64,000 bases of DNA from Balanoglossus misakiensis (Eukaryota; Animalia; Hemichordata). The stretch covers positions 1,355,935 through 1,419,934 of the forward strand of contig CM082588.2 in the NCBI GenBank assembly GCA_040954595.2. Reading direction: 5' to 3'. Positions 27,015 to 38,447 of this stretch are shown piece after piece. Positions within the stretch are counted from its first letter, which is position 1. Each line of letters starts with the position of its first letter. Position numbers and translations under genes: made by a program. The notes beneath the pieces are model-generated. The model saw nothing but the letters and a program-made list of their open reading frames with translations. It had not been told where the DNA came from and did not search any database.

Positions 27015-30000
27015 GTTGAAATTAACCCCGTGTTCATTTTTTTCCACTGATTTATTTCATTGTCCATTTCCGTCACCGCGGTCCAGTATTTCGAACACTT
27101 GTGTGAATTTCTCCCACTCCGTCCCCTCGCTTTAATTTCATTCAGTGGAACTGGTTGCATGCTCTCCGCTCGACTGCAAACGAGTTTTACACGCACCAGT
27201 ACTCGCGGCCAGTTTTACAGCGTTTGACTATGCGGAGTTTATGCAAACTCTTACTCACAGCCAGTCGCAGCCACTGTGTTTTGGACAGCTGTTGACACAC
27301 TAGCATGCAAACGACGACAAATCGGCAGCCATAGACTCGGCGTAAAATTTCAAACCTGCCAAGTATTCACGTTTTTGAATTCTTTCTTGTCAACAGAAAT
27401 TTGGCCATTACAAGATGCACGAGCCGCTTGACCCGGTGGAATATTCGGGCACAGTGTTGACCCAGCACCAACCTCTACCGCCGCCGCCAGCGGCTCCTTC
27501 GGCGCCACAACCGCCCCCGTCTCAGGTTCAGCAGTCGACGGGCGGCAGGTCGAAATCGAAAGACGACGACGAGTCGGATTCGGACAAGGAACCGACCCCG
27601 GAGGCCGAGTACATCAGTTCCCGCTGTGTGTTATTTTCCTATTTTACGGGGGACATAGGCAAACACGTTGACGATCACTTCAGTCGTGCTCTCAGCCAAC
27701 CAAGTAGCTTTCCAGCCGATCAGAAAACCAGTACCTCGTCACAACTGACACAATGGAAAACAGGTGAGTCGCACGACATTGCACCTTGATGCATTGATGT
27801 CTTTTGTCCTGTCTCTTTTTGAAAAATTGCAAGTTGTAGCTGGGTAGGCGTTTGAAATATGTCCACACATGCGTGTCGTTTGTCGACGCGACGACCACAA
27901 CACACTTTTTAACCACTGGAGCGGTCATTCTGATTTTCTCCCCTCTCGATTCAGTGGGTTCAATCTTTGGAAACTGCGGACCATATCCGTCAGATTCCAA
28001 ACCGGAAAAGCTTCCTTTCCTACAGTTTTATAGACATTTGCTGCGCTTTTAGATGTAATCGGATATTTTCAAACTTTCTCCAGGGCAGGCACATGTCAGT
28101 AAAGTTAGCAGCAGGTAACCCCCACTCACTTGATTATTTTTCAAGTGAACACAAAATCAGTACTGCACCTTAGCTGCGATCCCATATCCCACAACTTTTC
28201 AACGCAATTGTATTTGAAGATGACGTTTTTATATTTCAATCTTTAAATATAGAAGACGGTGTTTTTTTTTAAAGTTGCGAAAAGCGCATAGAAACTTACT
28301 TTTTTTCAACCCGGATATCATCGGAGTAAGGCAAGAGTCTGAAGCTTTTCTAAAACAAAAACAGGCGAAACTGCCTGGTCCGAGTACCGTGCTGGTTACT
28401 TGAATTCAGAAGAAAGTTTATATAAGAGCTCTACGTGTGGTGTAAGTTCGAAAGCCCAGACCCAGCAGATAAACTCGACACATGAGAAGCTAGCATCGGT
28501 AATCTTAATCTCCACTTACACTGGCCACCGATTGTTTTAACCCCAAGATCACGTAGCTATTGCTGGTTATAATACGCTGGCCAAACCCCATCGCTTTCTG
28601 TGGCCCAATGCGTTGCTTCACAAGAAAACCCACACGTGGAAAACGCAGCTATAATTTCCTCCCCGAATCAAAACCATTCCGAAGGTTAGGCCACGCGAAA
28701 ATATAATTCTTTTAGTCGTAGTTAACTTTGTTTATATCCCCGGTTCCCCTGATGGGGCCGCTGGCAATACTGCGCCCATTGCTCGACTTGTTGGCAATTT
28801 CACAATCCCGAAATCAGTCTGCAAGTTTCTGCATGCGACTGATGATGGCATCATCCGGGGACTGTGGAACCGACATCCAAACTTTAAAGAATTTACTCAG
28901 TGTTAGCGGTCGCAATATATTGTGCTCTCAATATATATACTGTGCTGCAAGACGATATTATCATGGTTTTCTGTCACTTTTAATTTGACATGTAATGACG
29001 TAAGAGTCAACTTGTAAGTGACCGCGGAAAATAGCTTCAGTAGCGAGCGTCTTGCAGCGCATACTTCGACTATAAACAAATATTAAAATTAATATCATAT
29101 CATGTCACCGACTTGTTTAAAAACAGTGTTACTGGATCAAACGGCTGCCTGTAAAAATATGTTAAACACGAGTTTTAGTCATATTATGCGAAGACATGAA
29201 TCGCAATGTAGCCGACGAGAGTTTAGCAAAGGAAAAAAAATCATCGCGAGATGGGGTCAAAAACAATTTGATGGTGACTTGCTGGACGGAACTGGTCAAG
29301 GGCTTTTCAGGATATACAACTTCCTGTACGAGTGCGTTGTGACTTTAATATTATACTCAGATTGGAGAGAGGGGAAAGACCGACTAAATCATGATTCGGG
29401 TTAGGAAGACATCAAAATATACTAGCTCAACAGAATGGGTTTGATGTGGGGGAGTTGAATTGATGTAATGTTAGTTGTAGTCCAGGAAAAGAAGGATTTC
29501 CGCCGCCAGAAAACAAGAACGGCGGGAATCTCGAGCAATGTTTTAAAACCCCGTGGTTATCATACGCCTACAAGAACTATACGAAGTGTTGTTTTCTTGC
29601 CCAACGTTTACTTTTAATTGTCGAGATTAATAGTTTAAAACTTATTTTAGAAAGCTAAGTACGGTTCAGCTGTCCTCCTTCGGGCAGACATGGCTTGTCC
29701 ATGACGTGTTAGTTTGGAGACAGTGAAATTGTCTAGCTTGTCGTTGACTCAGCTCATTGAAACATGCGATAATGTTGACATTGGGGGATTACCGAGCGAG
29801 AGGACTCTTTTTGCCAGCATGTAAAGTGTTGGCAAATATACTCCGTTTTCAGTCAGAAAATAAAGCATCTATACCCACTGTTTTCTTTTCGTTGAAGTCA
29901 ACTTTGGCGCTATTTTGAACAGCAATGTATCACCGACTGTTCCCCCTTTCAAGTTTATTTACAAAAGAACTTAACTGCCTCTGTCCGTTCCCATTTTACC

Positions 30001-33000
30001 AAGCGTCTGTAAAATTTGACTGTTTGCGGTTCGACATTTTTTTTGCGCGAGACAAACAACAACAACGAGAAGCCAAACACGAATACGGAGTAATGGCTGC
30101 TGCAGGGTATGACGTCACCATGCCAAGGTTGTGATTACCGGCGATGCAAGTCATCATTAAATTTATGTTTTTTTTGTATCGTCAAAACACCACCAGATAA
30201 ACAAAATCAAAGGTAGCACGCGTATCGAAATGTGTCGATCAAGTAACTGATTTCAATTTATTTGTAAATGCAACCAATATTTAAAAAAAGATAATATAGA
30301 TATTATTGAGGCAATAGTCAGCTAGTTGATAGTATCTGGCTATCGTGAAGATTTCGTGTTATGGTATGCAATATTCCCACAGTAGCTGTACTAAATCACC
30401 AGGCAGCAGGCTGAGATCAGTTCTTTGGGGAATCATAAAATCTGCAGACTCAAGTCTGTTATTTTGAATTGACCTGCTTTTCAAATAAAAAATATTATTA
30501 TACTATAGTTCAAAAACCGCTATTAGGGTAGATTTTACTTTAAAACTTGAATTTTATGAGAAAAAATATTACAGGCTGCAATGCCTGTTGATAACGTCAC
30601 CAAATAAAATTACACGAATTTCAATGATATTTAGGTATTCCTCTGCAAGCCTATTTACCTTGTCGGCTGAATATTATGAAAATAGCGGAGTGTTTCCACG
30701 GGTTCACTGATATCAAACTGTTTTATTCACCATCAATACGAATAAACAACCAAACAAAGCCCTCGTCAATATTTACAGCTGTATTCATATCAGGAAAGCC
30801 TTTGTTTTTGTTAGCCTGGCGAATATTTTGAAAGAGGTAATTTTTAACGCGATACTGTGTGGTTATTTTTCGTGGGGGCGTGCATAAAATACCACGGGTG
30901 ATGCAAGGTGGACGGGCGGACAATGGCGGCGATAAAAGCGAGTCCAGGAGAGCGGAACCGAAAACAATATCGAACCCGAGTGCGGGGTGACTTCATCCGT
31001 GAAATAAAATCTGCTCGTTTAGATATTTGGGGTTGGCAAGAGTTTGGGGAAGAGACCACGCCCATGTTTGGGCTGCATACCGCATGGGGTCGGGTTTTAA
31101 ACAAAATCAAAACGGTGATCTGAGTGTATTGCTTGTGTTTCTGATACTTCGTGATCACGCCCAAGGGTGTGAATGTGTCGACGGTAAATGGCCGCGTAAG
31201 ATAAACAAGAACTTGAACTTCTGAAGGAGCTAGGCGGAGTAATGCAATTTGTTTCGTGATTATAGATTTCTTGAAACTGTTAGTAGGTACAAATGATAAC
31301 GGTTGTGCAAACGTACATGTTGCTTCGCTGTCGTTTTTTTCTAGGCAGACTTTGCAAGACGCTTAGAATGTAGCGCTCCTTGTGAAAAGAAAGTTATAAG
31401 CCAGAAGTTTAAGTTTAATTCTGTTTTACAAATGTTTAGGAGCCCTGACAACCAATTGAATGCCAATTGTTCTGGCGTATTTTGAGCTTAGAGGCTGCAC
31501 GCGCACCCGGCCCTCACGATAGGTCATATTCTAGTCATTCTGGGGCGTGCTGTAACATGGATCCTGCGTTTTCCATCAACATGTCGACTTTTTGCACAAT
31601 TTGCAACCGTTTTACGTAGGGATAAATGTAGTTTACAAAATATATCATATATTTTCTATCGATAGTTGATGAGGTGCCCCGTCTCGCAGAAGTGGCTGGT
31701 AGGCCGTTGTGTCGCGAACAGCTCCGACTGAGCGGTGAGTGACCGGGCATTCAATCATGTCAACCGCGGGCACAAGCAAAGAGCTCTCGATGACATTCTG
31801 AAAAATTACAAACGGGCTCCCAGAGTCAAATTAAATCATTTTACATAGTTGAAATATTTTCCTTGGATTTATGAGTGCCTGGAGTAGTCGTCAGACTATA
31901 AAGAGGAGCACGCTGTTTTTGTCGTCCACGCAAAGTCTAACCGTGGCCGAAAATTGGAACCATGTGTATGTACAAAATGATTCGTGAAAATCATCGATGA
32001 ATATCATCTCTTGCAACTTCTTCAGTGATATAATGCATATGCTTAAAATTTGCTGTTTTAATTATACTTAAAAAGATTCTAGTGTTATGTAAGATTCCCC
32101 ACCCGGCGGAGACATTTGGTCTGATTCTGAAGATGACGCGTAATTGGCCGGGAGCGCGCGTCCAAGCTTTCCGAGTCGTATCGGCGTTTCATTTTCAAAA
32201 TACCAGCCTAATAGATGTTCTATAGAGTCCACTATGACTTTATAGCGATCTGATTGACTCGCGATAATCACTCTATATTCAACGAAAAATCAGTATCTCC
32301 AGTTTTGTCATAGCAGAAGAACGAACGCAATGAAATTTCATCATCACATAGCGACATGTTCGTCCTGTACTGGTATCTCATGAACCCGTACATTGTACAT
32401 GTATTCTAAAAAGATTGTGTACGTAAAGTTTTCATACCTTAGCGATGGCAAGATATGGCAGAGAAAGGCTATTTTACTTTCAGGTAATAATTTGCAGACT
32501 TTTAAAATTGCTCCTCGGGGATGATCTGTCTTCTTTTCCCAAGTTTGGTCGGGATGAACTGACAGTGTCTTGCGTGTGTTTCTTTACAGGTGAGTTCGGC
32601 CCGTCGCCCATGAGCCAAAGGAATTTCCCTCCGTCTTTTTGGAACAGCTCTTACAACCACCACGGCACCAGCTACCCGCCGACGAGTTCCCTCGCCGGTG
32701 CACATCACGACACTCTCGCGTTCCGGGATCCTTACACGTCGGCCTACTCTACCTCATACAGCAGCCTGCACCAATCCGACCCCTGGCACTACTCGCTGTC
32801 AACGCAAGGCTCGTACTCAGCTCACCGATCCATGCACGACCTGGGCTACAACATGGCCTCCGGTAGCCCGTTCAACCCCCGCTACAGTTCCCTCCTCATA
32901 CAACCGTCGGTGAGGTCCAGCCGGCTCGGCGGGCAGTGCGACTTGTCCAAACCCGGGGACGCGTGGACGTCGCGGTATGGAGAACACAGCCAGCTCACCG

Positions 33001-36000
33001 GTGATACTCACGGCGTGTCCGGGCTGAATGTGGAGGCAACAGCAACGGGTATGTGTTAATGTATTTGGTTTATGTGGTAGACATGCCCTCTCTCTCCCGA
33101 GGCATGCAAGGAAGGGATTTTTGAGGGTCTAAAGGGCTAGTTAATTCCCTGACACTTTTAGCAGTTCGGAATTGTTCAAATGCCGGATTGTAGCGCAGGC
33201 GTCCCTCACCGACACTTCGTGCAATGACATGCATTCTTACTCGTACATGCTGAAAATCTCACATTCTTGGAGATTTGGTTCGAAGTATTTCAAAAATTAA
33301 GTCATTTCACAAACCATTTCTTGTGGTATCCACCGCGCCGTAACGGAAAAGATAAGTAGCCCAAACTTACATAATATAGAAACTGACCCATTCCATTATA
33401 ACGTCAATTTCATTGCCCAAAGTCCCCACGAACCACAGTCGATTTAATTCCAATTTGTGTATAGTTTAAAATCCACTTAGAGATCTCATCTCTACTAACA
33501 TCCGGACCTTGCGGCAGTTTGGGCCTGATAAGAAATTGTAATCGACTCCAAATCACCCAGTCCGACACCTAATATATACAAACGAATTAAAAATTTACAC
33601 AGCGTGCGAAAACTTTTCGCAACCAGTGCAAATTATTGAGTAAGAAATTCAAACATCGTGCCATTTCACTTGGTTTTTGTTTGACGCCATATAGGCCTAT
33701 GGTGGTTATTTGTATATAGTAAAAATCACACAAAACGTTAACTTGATTAAGATGGATATCTCAACGTGATGCAGTGTCCACGTACCTATACAGTTATAGG
33801 TGTGTTTTTTCGCGTTTTAAGTTAACCGTTGGCCTGCATATGCCGCACAAATTTTACTAGTGGAGCAATACACGACGCGTCCCCAGGAATGCCCTCGTAA
33901 CTCAAGTTAAATATTTACTGAAACGCCAACTATTTGCCCGTCACATATTTTGTGTTTCACTGTGGCGGCCATGCTATGCGACTAGGTGTTGGTGCAACCA
34001 CTTCGCTACTGTTTCCCGAACGACCCCACCGCATTAGGAAAATACAGCGAAGGAACAACAGCTCGCGGCGGCAGCAACATTGGTCCGGAGACCACCTCGT
34101 TGTGCACCAGTTAAACACGCTTCTGTTACAAGATTTTGCTTTACATCAGTAGACAAAGGCGAAAGACAACAAAACCACTTAGAAAGCAAACGATATATAG
34201 CTAAGCAGGCTTTCTCGCGCCAAAAAGAATCAGAGGACACAAAAGACTAGCAAGTAGTCACCAACCGTTTTGCTCTCCCAGCTTTCACAGGAAAAAAAGC
34301 ATTTCTCGACGGCCTCTCAGATTTGTGTAAGGATCGCATTCCTTTAAAGAAGATTTTATGTGTCGTTAACGAAATTCGTTAACAGAAAGGTTCGGTTGGA
34401 AAATAAAGGCATTAGTTGCTTTCTTTTGTAACACTTAGAATCGAAAGACAGAAAAAAAGTTACCAAGACACTTTCTCTTTTTATAATTGCGCCCCAAGTC
34501 GTGATGACTTGTGTCTTGGATCTTGCAATAAAGTAAACTCAAGGGAAAATGGACCCTGGTAAAGAAACATTTCCGTTTCCATGACATTGTTGACCCGACG
34601 AAGTTTCTGGAAGTCGTGAGGGGTTGGGGTCAAAATTTCAGATATTTGTGGAGCATGGGCGAGGGTTGCAAACACGAATTGGCCGGCGCATGCTGCCTGC
34701 AACGCCGAGCACGGGGCTAGAAATGGCCGCCACACCGCCTGTGATGTCGAACACGGCGCTAAAAATGCAAGGTATACTAACAATTTTTCACGGGTCAAAA
34801 GGGTCAGATATTCTCGGTTCTCCCTCGGGTCAAGATCATATTTTATTGCCTGCTATTTTAGACCAATAAAAAGGAATATATTAAATACGAAGCGACTGTA
34901 AAACAAGTCTACGCATTATTCGAGTTTAACACCTTAAAACCATAATTAAGTTTTGGGTTTCGATTCAAACTGTTTCCAAAGTTATTGCAGATGTACAGAA
35001 AACTCGCACACTGTCTTTGCAATCATGGTCGACGGGAGAGGGACGCACCCGTTTGACAGCGATCTAGTAAAATTGATTATTATCAGATTGAAGTCCTTTA
35101 TTTTTATATCCACAAGTGTCCGTTATCTTGCTCGTTTGACACGCATCGTGGTTTTCTGTTGGATGAAAACCCCATTCTGTTGTTTGTTGGTTTTGCTGTA
35201 ATTACTTCAAAGCTTGGTGATTGATTCAAATAATACAAACGGCAAGTGGTCGGCGCTGGTTTCCATCGGTTGAACCACAACTTGCTTTTCGACGCACGCG
35301 AAAAAAAAACCGATAACATTGTATACTACCGTCAGTGTCCAATTTTGTAAGATTTTGAAGTGGCCAATAATATTAAAGAAAACGAAAATTTGTGACTATT
35401 ATCAACGTAAAAACATAACACACGTTCTCGCTTCGCGGACGCCACCAGCTTGCAGTCGCCATTTTTATTCCGATCTGATGACTAGTGGTGGCTGACAATA
35501 GTCTGCGACACGCGATCGGAGACGGAAACCAATTACAAATAACGGTTTGATTGATTCTAATTCAATTTGGATGGATTATAACGAAGCCGGGCAAACTAAT
35601 CGCCTAACTATTTCTAGTCAGACAGTAATTTATTTCATTCAACGTGTAATCGCCAGTCAATAGGAAAGCAATTTCCGCAAAAACGCTCGGAGACTGATGC
35701 TTATAGTCCGGTGCGCGGAGTCCGCCAGACTGAATGGCTGAGGAGATTGATTGACACCGAAACAGAGAACAATGCCTATCATGTGATCTGTTGTGGTGAC
35801 GACGAACAAAAGCCGACTAAAATATTTTGTGAATACTGGTGAATTCTACGTGCAGAATTTATGAGTATTTCAGATCTCGATGTTCGCGATCGGCGTGATG
35901 GGGCGAGTTAATATGCGGGCAAAGTTAGTCTGTTGGTTGTTGGGTATAGTCTATAGATGGACGGATGAGTAAGTGACTTAGTCGTTGACATTTTGGAGAC

Positions 36001-36993
36001 GAGGTCACAGTGAAACTCGTGATATATTTAAACGTGGAAAAAGCGCCTGTTTTAATAATCAGTCGCTTCCCGGCGCAAACACTTCGGCCAATATTTCACC
36101 ACGCACAACTTGCAGTGGTCGGACGGATTTGGCGGGGACTGTGGGAGGGGCCCAGCACGTGCCGAGTAAACAACACAAATTTATGTGAACAGATGCGGCT
36201 TGTCAACGTTGATGTCGTGATTACGAAATACTGCGCTCGTAAACAATTTTACGACAATTGCAGGCGTTTTTCATGGTCGCTTGAATTTATTTCTGTCAAA
36301 CGATGATGACAAAACGACGCGGCGCTGAAAAGGAGACTCGTCTTCTTTGATCTTCGGGTTACCCGTTTCCATTCTCTGTACTATTCCATTATTCCACCGA
36401 TTTGCAGAGATTTCGAATTCTTTTTTTATTCCAACAGTAAATAGAAATCATAACCTTTAATGATCCATATCGCACAACACCGCCGTGAATATACTAAGCA
36501 CGCAAAATCGAATGGATGTTCCCCCATATAGCTTCCTCCGCCATATGTTGATCTGTCGCCGTGTTTCCCCGTCGATCTAAACTCATAATAAACTAAAGTA
36601 AATTTTGTAATTAGACTGTAAACATCACAGCATTAGATCAAATCTTACGCACACTCCAACCAAGAGGAAGGCGTGTTGGCAAAACAATGCAATACTAACA
36701 AATCATTAACTGATAGTGCTTTGTTATTTTTGCCATTAAATTTTCGTAACCGTCGGATGTTTTGGCTTATACAACAGCGCAGTTTGATTTGTAGTTCTTA
36801 CCAGGAGCTGGGGTGTGCGCATTTCTTTTTGTACACAGCTACCTCCACAAGCACGGACAAAATAACAACAAAATCTCTCTCTGAATGCCAGAAGTTTTAG
36901 TTTGATCTTGCTAATTATACTTTTTCATCTTTTCGGCCAATAGCGACACTCGATCACCAGGAGGCGCCTAGCAAGGATCTGTATTGGTTTTAG
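26934..36993 (+). CDS. VGLL2: Transcription cofactor vestigial-like protein (VGLL2/3-like, vestigial ortholog), complete; join(26934..27014,27397..27763,32590..33048,36944..36993), 318 aa
   Basis: The N-terminus MSLDVMYQ resembles vertebrate VGLL2/3 MSCLDVMYQ. Also present: the Tondu/TEAD-binding domain EAEYISSRCVLFSYFTGDIGKHVDDHFSRALSQ, the PMSQRNFPPSFWNSSY motif, RYSSLL, and the C-terminal SKDLYWF* typical of vestigial. Exons sum to 957 nt with phases 0,1,1. The symbol is given for the closest vertebrate paralog; the gene is probably pro-orthologous to VGLL1/2/3. Confidence 0.95.
27397..27763 (+). CDS. VGLL2: VGLL exon 2 (Tondu domain, 367 nt)
   Basis: caacag|AAATTT ... AAAACAG|gtgagt; KFGHYKMHEP...SRCVLFSYFTGDIGKHVDDHFSRAL. 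Confidence 0.95.
32590..33048 (+). CDS. VGLL2: VGLL exon 3 (459 nt, phase 1-1)
   Basis: tttacag|GTGAGTTC ... GCAACGG|gtatgt; PMSQRNFPPSFWNSSY, DPWHY, RYSSLL. Confidence 0.93.
36944..36993 (+). CDS. VGLL2: VGLL exon 4 (coding part, 50 nt)
   Basis: Branch-like ctaat at 36911, pyrimidine tract, caatag|CGACA...; ATLDHQEAPSKDLYWF*; not in the ORF track because it is short. Confidence 0.9.
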
Positions 36994-38441
36994 GATTTCG
37001 CCGACAGTTTCCTCACTGAACATTTTACAGTCTGAACTGGACGATGACGTCATCCTGTACGCTGGACATTTTTGGTGTGAAAGGGATGACGCACACTGTC
37101 TGAATTTACGAATTTGTGAAATTGCCGGATTTGTGCATTTTCTGTCCGGGGAAAGGGAAAGGAACAAGCACGAGAAATCGTTCGGGTTTATTGATAATGA
37201 AACGTTTGACCTCCGTACGGGGGTCGGGCCAGCACGTACCGCAGAAGCTAGTATCAAGTTAGATTCGCAGTAATTTGATGCGATATGTCATCGACATCAA
37301 ATGAAAAAAATATGAAACTGGATTTTTTTTCAAGACGAAAGTATGTGAAGACCCGGGCGTTATGGAAGACGTCCACGGGTGAAGGCGGCTTTGCAGAAAT
37401 GTGCTGTTACGGGCGTCGCGCTGAAAGCGTCGGGCTTTGACACTGTGAGTCACCGGTGGACAGTCACGCCAACACCGTATGGGTGAATGAACGATGGAAA
37501 GTTCTTCTAGCGAAGAAATGCGATGATGATGATTGTGTGCAATGAATTGTATCACCAGTGCCGTGTCGACTTTGAGAGGCAACGGGACAGAGAATTTCAA
37601 ATCTGTGTTGATATGTGTTTTTCCTCTCTATCACAACGGTTTCTTTTACTGCCAGAGCCGGACTGCGCAGGCCGACACGGAGCTGTGTCGACGACAAGTT
37701 CCGATTTCACGCACCGGAACACGAGCGAAGGCAATCCAGACGACGGGAGGCACTATGTATGACTTAAACAGCATTTGCTCATTTTAAGAAACCCACCAAA
37801 GCCGCGAGAACGTCAGAGGTATCATTAAAGGTATATTTTTCTGGAAGTCGGCAGAGACGCAGTTTCTACTGGAAACGCGGCCGTCAAGATGATGTCATGC
37901 TTTTTCTGTTTGCAATTCGCTCAATTCTGCATATCATGTGTCTCGACTAGAAAAATACCAATCTCTACAAATTATTGCATTATGTATATATAAAGGAATA
38001 TAATTTTCGTATATAAACCTACTTTTTGTATGTTTGTCAAGTTCGGTTTAAATTTCAGTCGTGATATGTATCCAGCTTTATCATGGCCCTCGGCAGACGT
38101 AGCTCAATAGTTTTGCGAACCAGAAAAAGACGAAAATACATGTATTATAAAATTTCTATATCAGAGATAGAATCTACAAATTAGCAACCACCGAAAACTT
38201 GAGAGAAATATCATTTTTTGTGTTAAGGCTTTAATTAAATTTTACTCCATTCGAAATATCATCACTATTAGTTCAGAGCCGTTTTACCGCCTTGAACTCA
38301 TTACGTTCGGATTTACGCGGTTGATGAGAAACCGAAAAATGAGAGTATGGAGACATGTCACGTGTTTAATTGCTGAAACGATTTAACAATTTTCTGAACC
38401 GTGAAATATTGTAATTTAAGAGTAATTTTTCACTTTTGCAA

Positions 38442-38447
38442 AATAAA
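38442..38447 (+). promoter_or_regulatory. candidate polyadenylation signal of VGLL
   Basis: AATAAA at the end of an AT-rich, 3'UTR-like stretch about 1.45 kb after the stop, with T/GT-rich sequence downstream. Confidence 0.35.

Noticed and set aside
38090-38130. GTAGCTCAATAG tRNA/SINE A-box-like motif
   Set aside because: No B-box or cloverleaf follows.
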